Of a stretch of DNA of 64,000 nt, positions 36,708 through 45,543 are shown piece after piece. Position 1 is the first letter of the stretch. Every line of letters starts with the position of its first letter. This DNA comes from a bacterium. GTDB taxonomy: Bacteria > Patescibacteriota > WWE3 > 2-01-FULL-39-13 > JAACPI01. The position numbers and the translations under genes are program-made. A model generated the notes under the pieces. The model saw nothing but the letters and a program-made list of their open reading frames with translations, had not been told where the DNA came from and made no database searches. The stretch lies in NCBI GenBank assembly GCA_009995545.1, contig JAACPI010000005.1, forward strand, positions 28,244 through 92,243. The letters are read 5' to 3'.

Positions 36708-37859
36708 ATGTTTAAAACTTTTTCCAAGATACATCTGTCTATAATATCTTTCTTTCTTATTAAGATAAGTTATTTATTAAAATTTTTTAAGTTAGGAAAT
36801 GGCTCTACTCTTCCGGGGCTTTTACTTCAAAAGTTACCTTTAAATTATCTTTCTATCTACTTTAAATATTTTGATTCTAAATACATATTTATAACTGGGA
36901 CTAACGGAAAAACTAGCACAACAGCTTTACTGAATCAGTTACTTTTGGAATCTGGGTACACAGTACTGTCTAATTTAACTGGGTCAAATCTAAAAAGAGG
37001 TATTCTTAGCGCTTTTAGTTTAGGTTTTAATAGTTATAAAAGACATAGCCCTAACTTTTGTGTGTTTGAAGTCGACGAGGCTAGTGTTCCAGGGATTATA
37101 GAAAGTTTTCCAAAAGACAAAGTTTTTAGCTTATTAGTTCTTAATCTTTCCAGAGACCAGTTAGATCGTTACGGAGAGATAGATATTTTAGTAGATAAAA
37201 TTAACGATAGCTTTAAAGACTTTATTAAATATAATTTATTTCTAAAAAAAGATAACTACACTGCAAATTTTAATGAACCCTACTTTCTAGCTAATAAAGA
37301 CTCTGGTGAGTTTAAAAAAGCATGTGTAAAGTTAAGACTTCTTACAAAGGATCATTTGATAGAAAATTTTAGCTTTATATTCACCCTTTTAAAGGAGCTA
37401 AAAGTATTTGTTAATTACGAAAAAATTACCCCCTTTAAGCAAGTCCCCGGCAGGGGTAATAATTATTATTTTAATGGTGTAAAAGTTAATCTTAATTTAA
37501 CAAAAAATCCTGCTAGTTTTAATATTAATCTAAAACAACTGCCCGTAGAAAGTGAAAATATTTTAATTTATATGAACGATAATATACCCGACGGACACGA
37601 TGTCAGCTGGTTTTACGATATAGACTATGAACTATTAAAAGAAGCTTTAAAGGGTAAGAATACTTATGTTGCCGGCTCTAGATCTACAGACTTTTTTAAT
37701 TTACTAAATATCTTAGGTATACCCGCATTTAATTATAGTAATCTAAACAATACCTTATTGTTTTGTAGTAGCTGGGGTTTTAAGGATCTATATATACTAT
37801 CTAACTATTCTGCAACTAGACATCTAGTAAAAGAATTTGCAGAAAATAAAAATGTATAA
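36708..37859 (+). CDS. murT: Mur-ligase-family protein, MurT-like (lipid II isoglutamine synthase ligase subunit)
   Basis: Mur ligase P-loop ITGTNGKTSTTALL. It is immediately followed, and overlapped, by a CobB/CobQ-type glutamine amidotransferase gene, the MurT-GatD arrangement known from Staphylococcus. Confidence 0.55.
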   Translation: MFKTFSKIHLSIISFFLIKISYLLKFFKLGNGSTLPGLLLQKLPLNYLSIYFKYFDSKYIFITGTNGKTSTTALLNQLLLESGYTVLSNLTGSNLKRGILSAFSLGFNSYKRHSPNFCVFEVDEASVPGIIESFPKDKVFSLLVLNLSRDQLDRYGEIDILVDKINDSFKDFIKYNLFLKKDNYTANFNEPYFLANKDSGEFKKACVKLRLLTKDHLIENFSFIFTLLKELKVFVNYEKITPFKQVPGRGNNYYFNGVKVNLNLTKNPASFNINLKQLPVESENILIYMNDNIPDGHDVSWFYDIDYELLKEALKGKNTYVAGSRSTDFFNLLNILGIPAFNYSNLNNTLLFCSSWGFKDLYILSNYSATRHLVKEFAENKNV

Positions 37860-38574
37860 AATAGCCCATCTTTACCCAAAAGAGTTAAATTTGTATGGGG
37901 ATAAAGGTAATATCTTGTATCTAACCTATTTTTTAAATCAAATTGGGATAAAAAGTGAGGTGACTGATATTGGTTTAAAAACTAATATCACCGAGGATTT
38001 TGACTTTATTTTTTCTGGAGGGGGCCCGGACTCTCTACAAAATCTAGTTTATAAAGATTTTTTAACTAAAAAAGATTTTTTAATAAAACATATAGAAATG
38101 AACAAACCCTCTGTTTTTGTTTGTGGATCTTTTCAACTACTTGGTAAATATTATTTAAATTCAAAAAACGAAAAAGTTCCTGGACTTGGTATTTTTAATT
38201 TTTATACTCAGTCCCCTTTAAATCAAAACAAGAGAATTGTTGGTAATACTTACTTTAAATTTAAAGAATCTTTTTTTGGAAATACAGTTGTCGGGTTTGA
38301 AAACCACAATGGGAGGACCTATTTAGAAGATAAACTTACACCTCTAGGAGAATCCTTTTCAAAGGATTCCGGAAACAATGATTTCGATAAAGGTGAAGGT
38401 TTACTTTATAAAAAAACTTTAGGTACCTACTTGCACGGCCCTTTATTTGTAAAAAATCCGAATATTTTAGAATTTTTGCTTAAAGATCTTTTTATAAGGC
38501 AAAAAAATCTAGATTTAAAAACTTTTTATCCCGAATTTGTCGCTCATCAAAATGTACTTAACAAAAAATTTTAA
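37837..38574 (+). CDS. gatD: glutamine amidotransferase GatD-like (CobB/CobQ-type GATase)
   Basis: FSGGGPDS nucleophile-elbow region, catalytic Cys in VFVCGSFQLLG, and a His near the C-terminus (YLHGP). Confidence 0.55.
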   Translation: MQKIKMYKIAHLYPKELNLYGDKGNILYLTYFLNQIGIKSEVTDIGLKTNITEDFDFIFSGGGPDSLQNLVYKDFLTKKDFLIKHIEMNKPSVFVCGSFQLLGKYYLNSKNEKVPGLGIFNFYTQSPLNQNKRIVGNTYFKFKESFFGNTVVGFENHNGRTYLEDKLTPLGESFSKDSGNNDFDKGEGLLYKKTLGTYLHGPLFVKNPNILEFLLKDLFIRQKNLDLKTFYPEFVAHQNVLNKKF

Positions 38575-39733
38575 AACTAAATTACCTAACATTTACTTTG
38601 GTTTAATACTTTTAAATTCCTCAGTTAGTTTTATATTACCAAATAGTTATGTTAGAGGGGTTTTAGTGGATTACCTTATTTTTAGAGTTTACTTAAATCA
38701 AATATTTATCTTTTTCTTAATTATTTTTTACTATAAATATTTAGTAGTTTATAAAAAAGAAATATTAACTTCTCTTGTTGTATTGGGTTTTTTTATTTTA
38801 GTATCTAATAACCCCTCAATTACTCTCTTGTACATTTTAAGAAGAATTATATACATTCCTTTTTTGTTTCTTTTATTCAGACTTAAAGAGTTTAAACCCT
38901 CTTTTAAATTTCTAATTTCTTTAAATATTCTTTACTTAACGGTTTTAGTACTGCAGTTTTTATTTAATTCCAATATTTTTTCTTATTTCCCTTTCGGGTT
39001 TTATCCTTTTCACGGAGTTGGGGTTAGACTAGACTACCTATCTTGGTTTGGTATTAAAAGAGTAATTCCTTTAGGTAATTTTCCTCATCCAAATGTCTTT
39101 GCGGCTTTTTTAAGTCTATTAAATACTGCTTACTTATCTCTATTTTTTAAATCTAAAAATAAAAATAATAACTACATTTTAATTTTATTTATATTTAATA
39201 TAACTGCCTGTCTCCTACTAGGATCCCTAACTGCCCTTTTATTTAATTTTCTTTTAGTTACCTACTTTTTATATATAAATAATAAATTTAAAATACTACC
39301 TTTTATACTGATTTTTATTTCTTTATTTTATATTTCTTATTTAGGGTCCTTTAAGATCACCTCTGTAAATTCTCGAGTAGATCAAATTAAGAGTGGTTAT
39401 TATTTGATTAAAAAAGCTCCTATTATTGGGGTTGGTGTAGGTAACTATATTCCTAGTATTTTAGAATATGAAAATTTTATAGGGGGAATATCTGATCTTC
39501 AACCTGTGCATAATATCTTTATTTTGTATTTTGTAGAGACAGGTTTTTTTGGATTAATTACCCTTCTATATTACTTATTTAAGTACAAAAATTTTTTAAA
39601 ATTGACTCCTTTTTTGCTTTTTATTATAGTTTTTAGTGCCTCAGACCATTTTTTGATTACTTTAAATCAAGGTTTGTTAATGCTTACATTGACTATATTT
39701 ATGCATAAATCTATCATTAAAGAAGATGCCTAA
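38537..39733 (+). CDS. O-antigen-ligase-like (Wzy_C) polytopic membrane protein
   Basis: About 10 TM helices and a central loop with VHNIFILYFVETGFFGL resembling the Wzy_C/WaaL motif. Confidence 0.4.
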   Translation: MSLIKMYLTKNFKTKLPNIYFGLILLNSSVSFILPNSYVRGVLVDYLIFRVYLNQIFIFFLIIFYYKYLVVYKKEILTSLVVLGFFILVSNNPSITLLYILRRIIYIPFLFLLFRLKEFKPSFKFLISLNILYLTVLVLQFLFNSNIFSYFPFGFYPFHGVGVRLDYLSWFGIKRVIPLGNFPHPNVFAAFLSLLNTAYLSLFFKSKNKNNNYILILFIFNITACLLLGSLTALLFNFLLVTYFLYINNKFKILPFILIFISLFYISYLGSFKITSVNSRVDQIKSGYYLIKKAPIIGVGVGNYIPSILEYENFIGGISDLQPVHNIFILYFVETGFFGLITLLYYLFKYKNFLKLTPFLLFIIVFSASDHFLITLNQGLLMLTLTIFMHKSIIKEDA

Positions 39734-41042
39734 TAAAATTACCTCAGTAGCTCTACTACTATTATCCTCATTTGTGCTTGGTGGGTGCAGTGTTTTAGGT
39801 TTTCATATCCCTTTTACTAGCAAAGATTCAGATACAGTTAAAACACCTAGCGAGCCTATTACTCTTACTTACTGGTCTTTGTTTGAGCCTTATGAGGTCT
39901 ACCAACCTTTAATTGAGGAATATCAGCAACAAAACCCTAATGTTACTATAAAATTCGAGCAGCGGAATTTTGATAACCTGTACACTTATAAAGATAGTCT
40001 TTTAGCAACTCTACAAACAGGTTCTAATAGTCCGGATATAGTGAGAATTCATGTGACTTGGCTACCTCTTTTTCAGAACAGCTTATCTCCTGCTCCCAGC
40101 AGTATAATTAGTTTTGATGAGTATTCTGCAGATTTTTATAACACAGCTGTTGAAAATACTATATTAAATGGAAAAATTTATGCTGTTCCCTTAATGTTCG
40201 ATTCCTTATCCTTATTTTATAACAAGGATATTTTTGCTCAGAAAAATTTAAATCCACCAACTACTTGGTCAGACTTTTTAGATACCTCCGTAAATTTAAC
40301 TGTTTCTAATTCCGGTCAAATATCTCAGTCGGGGGCTGCTTTTGGTTCTGCAGAAAATGTAGCATTTTTTTCGGATATAATCGGTTTGTTGTTACGACAG
40401 AGTAATATACAGCTTCCTAAAGACTTTAAATCACCAGCATTTAGAGACACTATTTTATTTTATACAAACTTTGTTAAGGAGTCTGGTGTTTGGAATCGAG
40501 AGCAAGCCTACTCACCTTTAGCTTTTTCTCAAGGGCGTACTGCTATGATGTTTGGAACTAGTTGGTCTCTTTTAGATATTTTACAAAAGACACCTAACCT
40601 AAAAGTTGGTGTTGCGCCAGTTCCTCAAGTTGTTTCTGACTCTAAACTTACAGAAATAAATTACTCTACTTATTGGGTAGAAAGCGTAGCTAGCTCCTCT
40701 AAAAATAAAGAAGAATCCTGGAAATTTATAAAATGGTTATCTCAGCCCGAGCAATTGCGAAAAGTTTATTCTAAGGCTTCTGATACTAGAACCTTTGGAG
40801 AGCCTTATCCTAGAGTATCTATGCAAGGTGAGTTAGTTAGCAACCCTTACCTTTCACCCTTTTTCGTTTACGCTCAAAATTCAGATACTATGCCTATTTC
40901 GGATAGATCCGGAAACAATAATTATGTGGATATTTTTAAAAATATTGTTGAGGGAGTGTTAAATGGCGGAGACCTAGATTCTTTAATAGATACTGCCGAA
41001 AAAGAATATAACCGGGTCTCTGGTTTTGTTCCTACCAACTAA
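39726..41042 (+). CDS. ABC-transporter extracellular solute-binding lipoprotein (family 1, sugar-type)
   Basis: Lipobox LGGC at residues 18-21; the mature domain has SBP_bac_1-like segments (IYAVPLMFDSLSLFYNKDIF). Confidence 0.55.
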   Translation: MPNKITSVALLLLSSFVLGGCSVLGFHIPFTSKDSDTVKTPSEPITLTYWSLFEPYEVYQPLIEEYQQQNPNVTIKFEQRNFDNLYTYKDSLLATLQTGSNSPDIVRIHVTWLPLFQNSLSPAPSSIISFDEYSADFYNTAVENTILNGKIYAVPLMFDSLSLFYNKDIFAQKNLNPPTTWSDFLDTSVNLTVSNSGQISQSGAAFGSAENVAFFSDIIGLLLRQSNIQLPKDFKSPAFRDTILFYTNFVKESGVWNREQAYSPLAFSQGRTAMMFGTSWSLLDILQKTPNLKVGVAPVPQVVSDSKLTEINYSTYWVESVASSSKNKEESWKFIKWLSQPEQLRKVYSKASDTRTFGEPYPRVSMQGELVSNPYLSPFFVYAQNSDTMPISDRSGNNNYVDIFKNIVEGVLNGGDLDSLIDTAEKEYNRVSGFVPTN

Positions 41043-41084
41043 ACTCATTTTCTAATCTATCTTTTTATCCTATATAATAGCTCT

Positions 41085-42125
41085 ATGTTAATTTTGGCCA
41101 TCGAAACCAGCTGTGATGAAACTTCTGCAAGTGTAGTTAAAGACGGTATTGAAGTTTTGTCTAATGTTGTTTCTACTTCAAGTAATTTGTTTGAAGAAAC
41201 TGGGGGAGTTGTTCCTGAAGTAGCTGCGAGAAAACAGGTTGAATATATAGTTCCCGTAATTCAAAAAGCTTTGGCGAAGGCTAGTTTAGATATAGAACAA
41301 ATAGATAGTTTAGCAGTTACAGTTGGTCCTGGTCTTGTTGGGTCTTTACTGGTGGGAGTTACTGCGGTTAAAACATTGTCCTTTATTTATAACAAACCTG
41401 TAATACCCGTTAATCACCTACTTGGACATGTTTATTCTGTCTTTATAACCGAATATTTAGGTAAAACTGTGCAGCCTAAAAAACCAGATTTCCCGAATTT
41501 AGTATTAGTGGCTTCTGGGGGCCACACTGATCTAATTTTATTAAACGATAGAACCCAGGTCGAGTACTTGGGTGGTACAAGAGATGACGCCTGCGGAGAA
41601 GCGTTTGATAAAGTTGCGAGGGTTGTGGGCTTATCAAATTACTTAGGTGGTCCCATTTTGTCTAAAACTGCACTAGGGTCCGTAAAAAAATACGACTTTA
41701 GTTTTCCCCGACCCATGTTAAATTCGGGTACTTACGATTTTTCTTTCTCAGGCTTAAAAACCGCTGTGATAAATTATCTACAGTTTGATTTACAAGGTAG
41801 AAAATTAAACAAAGGCGAAGTTGCTAATGTATGTAAAGAATTTGAAGATTCTGTTACAGAAGTACTTTTAACTAAAACTCTAAAGGCTTTTAATGAATTT
41901 AATCCAAAATCGATTTCGGTTGTTGGTGGGGTGTCTGCAAATTCCAAATTACGAAACGTTTTTACTAAAGAGTTCGGAGATAAATTATTTTTACCCCCCC
42001 TGTCTTTGTGTGGTGATAATGCTGCGATGATAGGTTGCGCAGCTTACTATTTACAAGATTTATCTACAAGGGACTTGTCTACTTTAGATGCAAACCCCGG
42101 CCTCAGCCTTGAAATTTTAGGGTAG
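41085..42125 (+). CDS. tsaD: tRNA N6-adenosine threonylcarbamoyltransferase TsaD
   Basis: N-terminal LILAIETSCDETSASVV and metal-binding HLLGHVYS are characteristic of Kae1/TsaD. Confidence 0.85.
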   Translation: MLILAIETSCDETSASVVKDGIEVLSNVVSTSSNLFEETGGVVPEVAARKQVEYIVPVIQKALAKASLDIEQIDSLAVTVGPGLVGSLLVGVTAVKTLSFIYNKPVIPVNHLLGHVYSVFITEYLGKTVQPKKPDFPNLVLVASGGHTDLILLNDRTQVEYLGGTRDDACGEAFDKVARVVGLSNYLGGPILSKTALGSVKKYDFSFPRPMLNSGTYDFSFSGLKTAVINYLQFDLQGRKLNKGEVANVCKEFEDSVTEVLLTKTLKAFNEFNPKSISVVGGVSANSKLRNVFTKEFGDKLFLPPLSLCGDNAAMIGCAAYYLQDLSTRDLSTLDANPGLSLEILG

Positions 42126-42139
42126 GGTGATAAAATCTC

Positions 42140-42372
42140 CGTACAGTAATGATTTGGATTTAATGTCACCAAATTTTTCCTAAAGGATGCTGGGGGAAGA
42201 AATTTTAAAATATTATTTTAAAATACTAGAACCCCTCGAGTTTAAATGGCGTCGAAACAGCCTTAAGAGTGTTTTAGAAGTATTTCTAAAAAAATAGAGT
42301 GGTACCGCGAAAAGCCTTTCGTCTCTATACTAGTATTTATAGTATAAAGTCGAGAGGCTTTTTTTGTTTTTA
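42140..42372 (+). promoter_or_regulatory. T-box leader (tRNA-sensing riboswitch) upstream of valS, candidate Val specifier GUC
   Basis: The conserved T-box sequence AGAGUGGUACCGCG is at 42296-42309. A downstream hairpin (AAGCCUUUCGUCUC...GAGAGGCUUUUUUU) ends 7 nt before the valS ATG. A stem I candidate loop contains AAUGUCACC. Confidence 0.55.
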
Positions 42373-42376
42373 AAAT

Positions 42377-44650
42377 ATGGAAAAAATATATAACCACAAA
42401 GAAATAGAAAATAAAATGTATCAACTTTGGGAAGAAAAAAATGCTTTTTCTCCTGAGAAAGTTATTAAACTTCGAAACCCAAAAAACATAGGTGAGCCTT
42501 ATTCTATTTTAATGCCCCCTCCAAACGCCAATGCCCCCCTGCACTGCGGTCACGCTACCTACGCCATTCAAGACTTAATGGCTAGGTTTAAACGTATGCA
42601 AGGTTTTGATGTTTGCTATTTTCCAGGCACTGACCATGCTGGTTTTGAAACCCAGTATGTTTATGAAAACAAGTTAAAAAAAGAGGGCAAAAGTAGGTTT
42701 GATTACGACCGTCAAACTCTTTACAGTTTGGTTTTAAATTTTGTTAAATTAAACAGTGATTTGGCTATAAACCAACTTAAAAAAATCGGAATAAGTGCCG
42801 ACTGGAGGAGAAATACTTTCATGCTTGATAAGAAGGTAGTAGATAGGGTTTATAAAACTTTTATCAAAATGCATAAAGAGGGGCTAATTTACAGAGACGG
42901 CTATATGGTAAACTACTCGACTTTTTATGGTACCACTTTTAGTGATCTAGAAACGGAATACAAGGACTCAGTTTCTCCTTTATATTATATAAAATACTCA
43001 GTTAAAGGCACCGAGGAATCTATAACAGTAGCTACAGTAAGACCGGAAACTATTTATGCTGACGTAGCTATAGCAGTAAATCCTAAGGATAATAGATATA
43101 AAAAGTATGTTGATAAGGTTGTTATTAATCCCTTAAACGGACGAGAAATGCCTATTATCCAAGATGAGTATGTAGATATTGATTTTGGAACAGGGGCTCT
43201 AAAAATTACTCCCGGGCACGATATAAACGATTACAAGATAGGTAAAAAACATAATTTAGAGATTATTTCTTTAATAGATTTAGACGGTAAGTTAAATGAA
43301 TTAGCAAAAGATTGTGCGGGTCTTTACCCCAACCAGGCCAGAGTTAAGTCTGTGGAGATTTTAAAGAAAAAGGGGGCACTTGCTAAAGTAGATGAAGCTT
43401 ATGAAAATAGGGTGCTTATAGACTATAAAGATGGAAGACCTATCGAACCTATGATACTTCCCAATTGGTTTATAAATATGGAACAACTTTCAGAGGCGGC
43501 TATAAAATCGGTTGAAAACGAGGATATAAAGTTTAATAAAAAACTTTGGAAGAACGAAATCTTACGGTGGTTAAAAGAAAAAAAACCCTGGCCAATAAGT
43601 AGACAAACTATATTTGGTATAAGCATACCTGTTTGGTACCCTATTGAAGATAACGATAATCTACAAGTAACCTTTATTAACTCAAAAGGTGAGTCTAAGT
43701 TTGGAAGCATTAAATCTTTATTATCTATTTACAACTTAAAAGAAATAGAAGATGGGTTGCAAAAGGTAATTGTTCCTGCCAACGCAAAATATGTAGTTTC
43801 TGTAGATAAACCTGGTGATGGAAAACAATATTTACCTGAAACAGACACCTTTGATACCTGGTTTAGTAGTGGCCAGTGGCCTTTTACCACAACAGGGTTT
43901 CCAGATTCTAGTGATTTTAAAAAGTATTTTCCTACAAGTTTTATGGACTCTATGTGGGATATTATGTTTTTTTGGATAGCTAGAATGTTAATGTTTAGTC
44001 TCTATCTAACAAAAGATAGCAAAAAGGGTTCTCAAGTTCCTTTTAAAAATGTTTATTTTCACGGTGCAATCGCAGATAAGAGTGGTAAAAAAATGAGCAA
44101 GAGTAAGGGAAATACTATTGATCCTTTAGAATTTGTAGAAAAGTACGGAGCAGATGCTCTGCGTATGGGGATTTTAGTTGGTGGTAACACTGCTTCTAGG
44201 TACTCTCCTTTAGATGAAGACAAAGTTAGGGGGTATCGAAATTTTGCAAATAAAATTTGGAATGTAGCTAGGTTTATACAAATTAGCGAAGAAAATGCGG
44301 CTGTCCCATTTGGGATAGAGTTAACAGATAAAACTTTAAGATCGGAAGATATTAAAATACTTACTGATTGTAGTGCCCTTGTAGAGTCTGTAACTTCAAA
44401 ATTGAATAAGTATAACTTTAAGCTTGCCGGGGAGGAAATTTATGAGTTTATCTGGAATAGACTAGCAAATCAGTATTTAGAAGAAATTAAAGATCGAAAG
44501 GATATAACTGCAAAAAGAACGCTAAAAGAAGTATTTAGTATTTGTCTAAAATTACTTCATCCTTTTATGCCTTTTGTAACTGAGGCAGCTTGGCAAGAAT
44601 TAAAACAAAAGGGGGATTTAGATTTAATAGTTTCTAATTGGCCCAACTAA
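42377..44650 (+). CDS. valS: valine--tRNA ligase (short form)
   Basis: HIGH region PPPNANAPLHCGHA followed by FPGTDHAGFETQ (ValRS-type) and KMSKSKGN. At 757 aa it is shorter than canonical ValRS. Confidence 0.6.
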   Translation: MEKIYNHKEIENKMYQLWEEKNAFSPEKVIKLRNPKNIGEPYSILMPPPNANAPLHCGHATYAIQDLMARFKRMQGFDVCYFPGTDHAGFETQYVYENKLKKEGKSRFDYDRQTLYSLVLNFVKLNSDLAINQLKKIGISADWRRNTFMLDKKVVDRVYKTFIKMHKEGLIYRDGYMVNYSTFYGTTFSDLETEYKDSVSPLYYIKYSVKGTEESITVATVRPETIYADVAIAVNPKDNRYKKYVDKVVINPLNGREMPIIQDEYVDIDFGTGALKITPGHDINDYKIGKKHNLEIISLIDLDGKLNELAKDCAGLYPNQARVKSVEILKKKGALAKVDEAYENRVLIDYKDGRPIEPMILPNWFINMEQLSEAAIKSVENEDIKFNKKLWKNEILRWLKEKKPWPISRQTIFGISIPVWYPIEDNDNLQVTFINSKGESKFGSIKSLLSIYNLKEIEDGLQKVIVPANAKYVVSVDKPGDGKQYLPETDTFDTWFSSGQWPFTTTGFPDSSDFKKYFPTSFMDSMWDIMFFWIARMLMFSLYLTKDSKKGSQVPFKNVYFHGAIADKSGKKMSKSKGNTIDPLEFVEKYGADALRMGILVGGNTASRYSPLDEDKVRGYRNFANKIWNVARFIQISEENAAVPFGIELTDKTLRSEDIKILTDCSALVESVTSKLNKYNFKLAGEEIYEFIWNRLANQYLEEIKDRKDITAKRTLKEVFSICLKLLHPFMPFVTEAAWQELKQKGDLDLIVSNWPN

Positions 44651-44738
44651 GATTTAGGTTATAGATCTTGGGGTTTAGCGAGCAAGTTTAGTATACGAGT
44701 GTTCGGGAATTTATTGCAAAATGCAAGATATTCCAACT

Positions 44739-45458
44739 TTACTTATCTTCTTTATCCTTTTTTTCCTCTTTTGCCTTTTCTGTTTTCTTTTCCCCTTCTT
44801 TCCCTTCTTCTCCTTCTTCTTCTTTATCTTTTTGCTCTGTAACTTCGATATCGTCAACATCCATAGGCTCTTCCTCCTCTACTTCTAGCATTTCAGCGTA
44901 GTCAAGCTTGGCTATAACTGCTTCTTTATCTTCTACTAAAAGAGTTACTTTAGTCGTATCTATATATTTTTCTAATTCCACTACTGTAAGCACATCTTCT
45001 ATTTCTTTTAATCCCTCTATAGAAACTTCAATTTGGTGTGGTATATCTCTTGGCAAAGCCTCTATTTCTACCTCATCAAAAAGAACAATTAATATAGCTT
45101 TACCATTTTTAATTAGAGGATGGGTTTCTTCTCCTGTGTAAGTAACTGGTACTGATACTTTAACAGTTTCTGTTAAATCTACTTCTTGAAATCCTACATG
45201 AATAGGTGATTCTAGAACTGGATCATACTGCAATTCTTTTATCAAAACAGGTCTTGGAGTTTTTTCGCCAACAACATTTATGTCAATAATTTCAGTTTCC
45301 CCTGCCTTAGAAAAAGCTTTAATGAAGTCTTTTAAAACTAACTCTATTGAAAGAGATTCTTTACCCTTGCTAAATATAACTGCAGGTAAAATCCCCTCTC
45401 TTCTAAGTTTTTTAACTTTACTTCCTAGAACTTCTCTTTTTTTTACTTCAAGCTTCAT
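44739..45458 (-). CDS. rplY: 50S ribosomal protein L25 / general stress protein Ctc form
   Basis: N-terminus MKLEVKKREVLGSKVKKLRREGILPAVIF and the two-domain Ctc layout with an acidic C-terminal tail. Confidence 0.8.
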   Translation of the reverse strand: MKLEVKKREVLGSKVKKLRREGILPAVIFSKGKESLSIELVLKDFIKAFSKAGETEIIDINVVGEKTPRPVLIKELQYDPVLESPIHVGFQEVDLTETVKVSVPVTYTGEETHPLIKNGKAILIVLFDEVEIEALPRDIPHQIEVSIEGLKEIEDVLTVVELEKYIDTTKVTLLVEDKEAVIAKLDYAEMLEVEEEEPMDVDDIEVTEQKDKEEEGEEGKEGEKKTEKAKEEKKDKEDK

Positions 45459-45543
45459 AAAAGGTTTATATAATGATGTATTTGAACGTAGTTGATTTTA
45501 ACTTCTTTTTCGTTTAAATACAAGGAAATTCTGTTAGTAAGCT

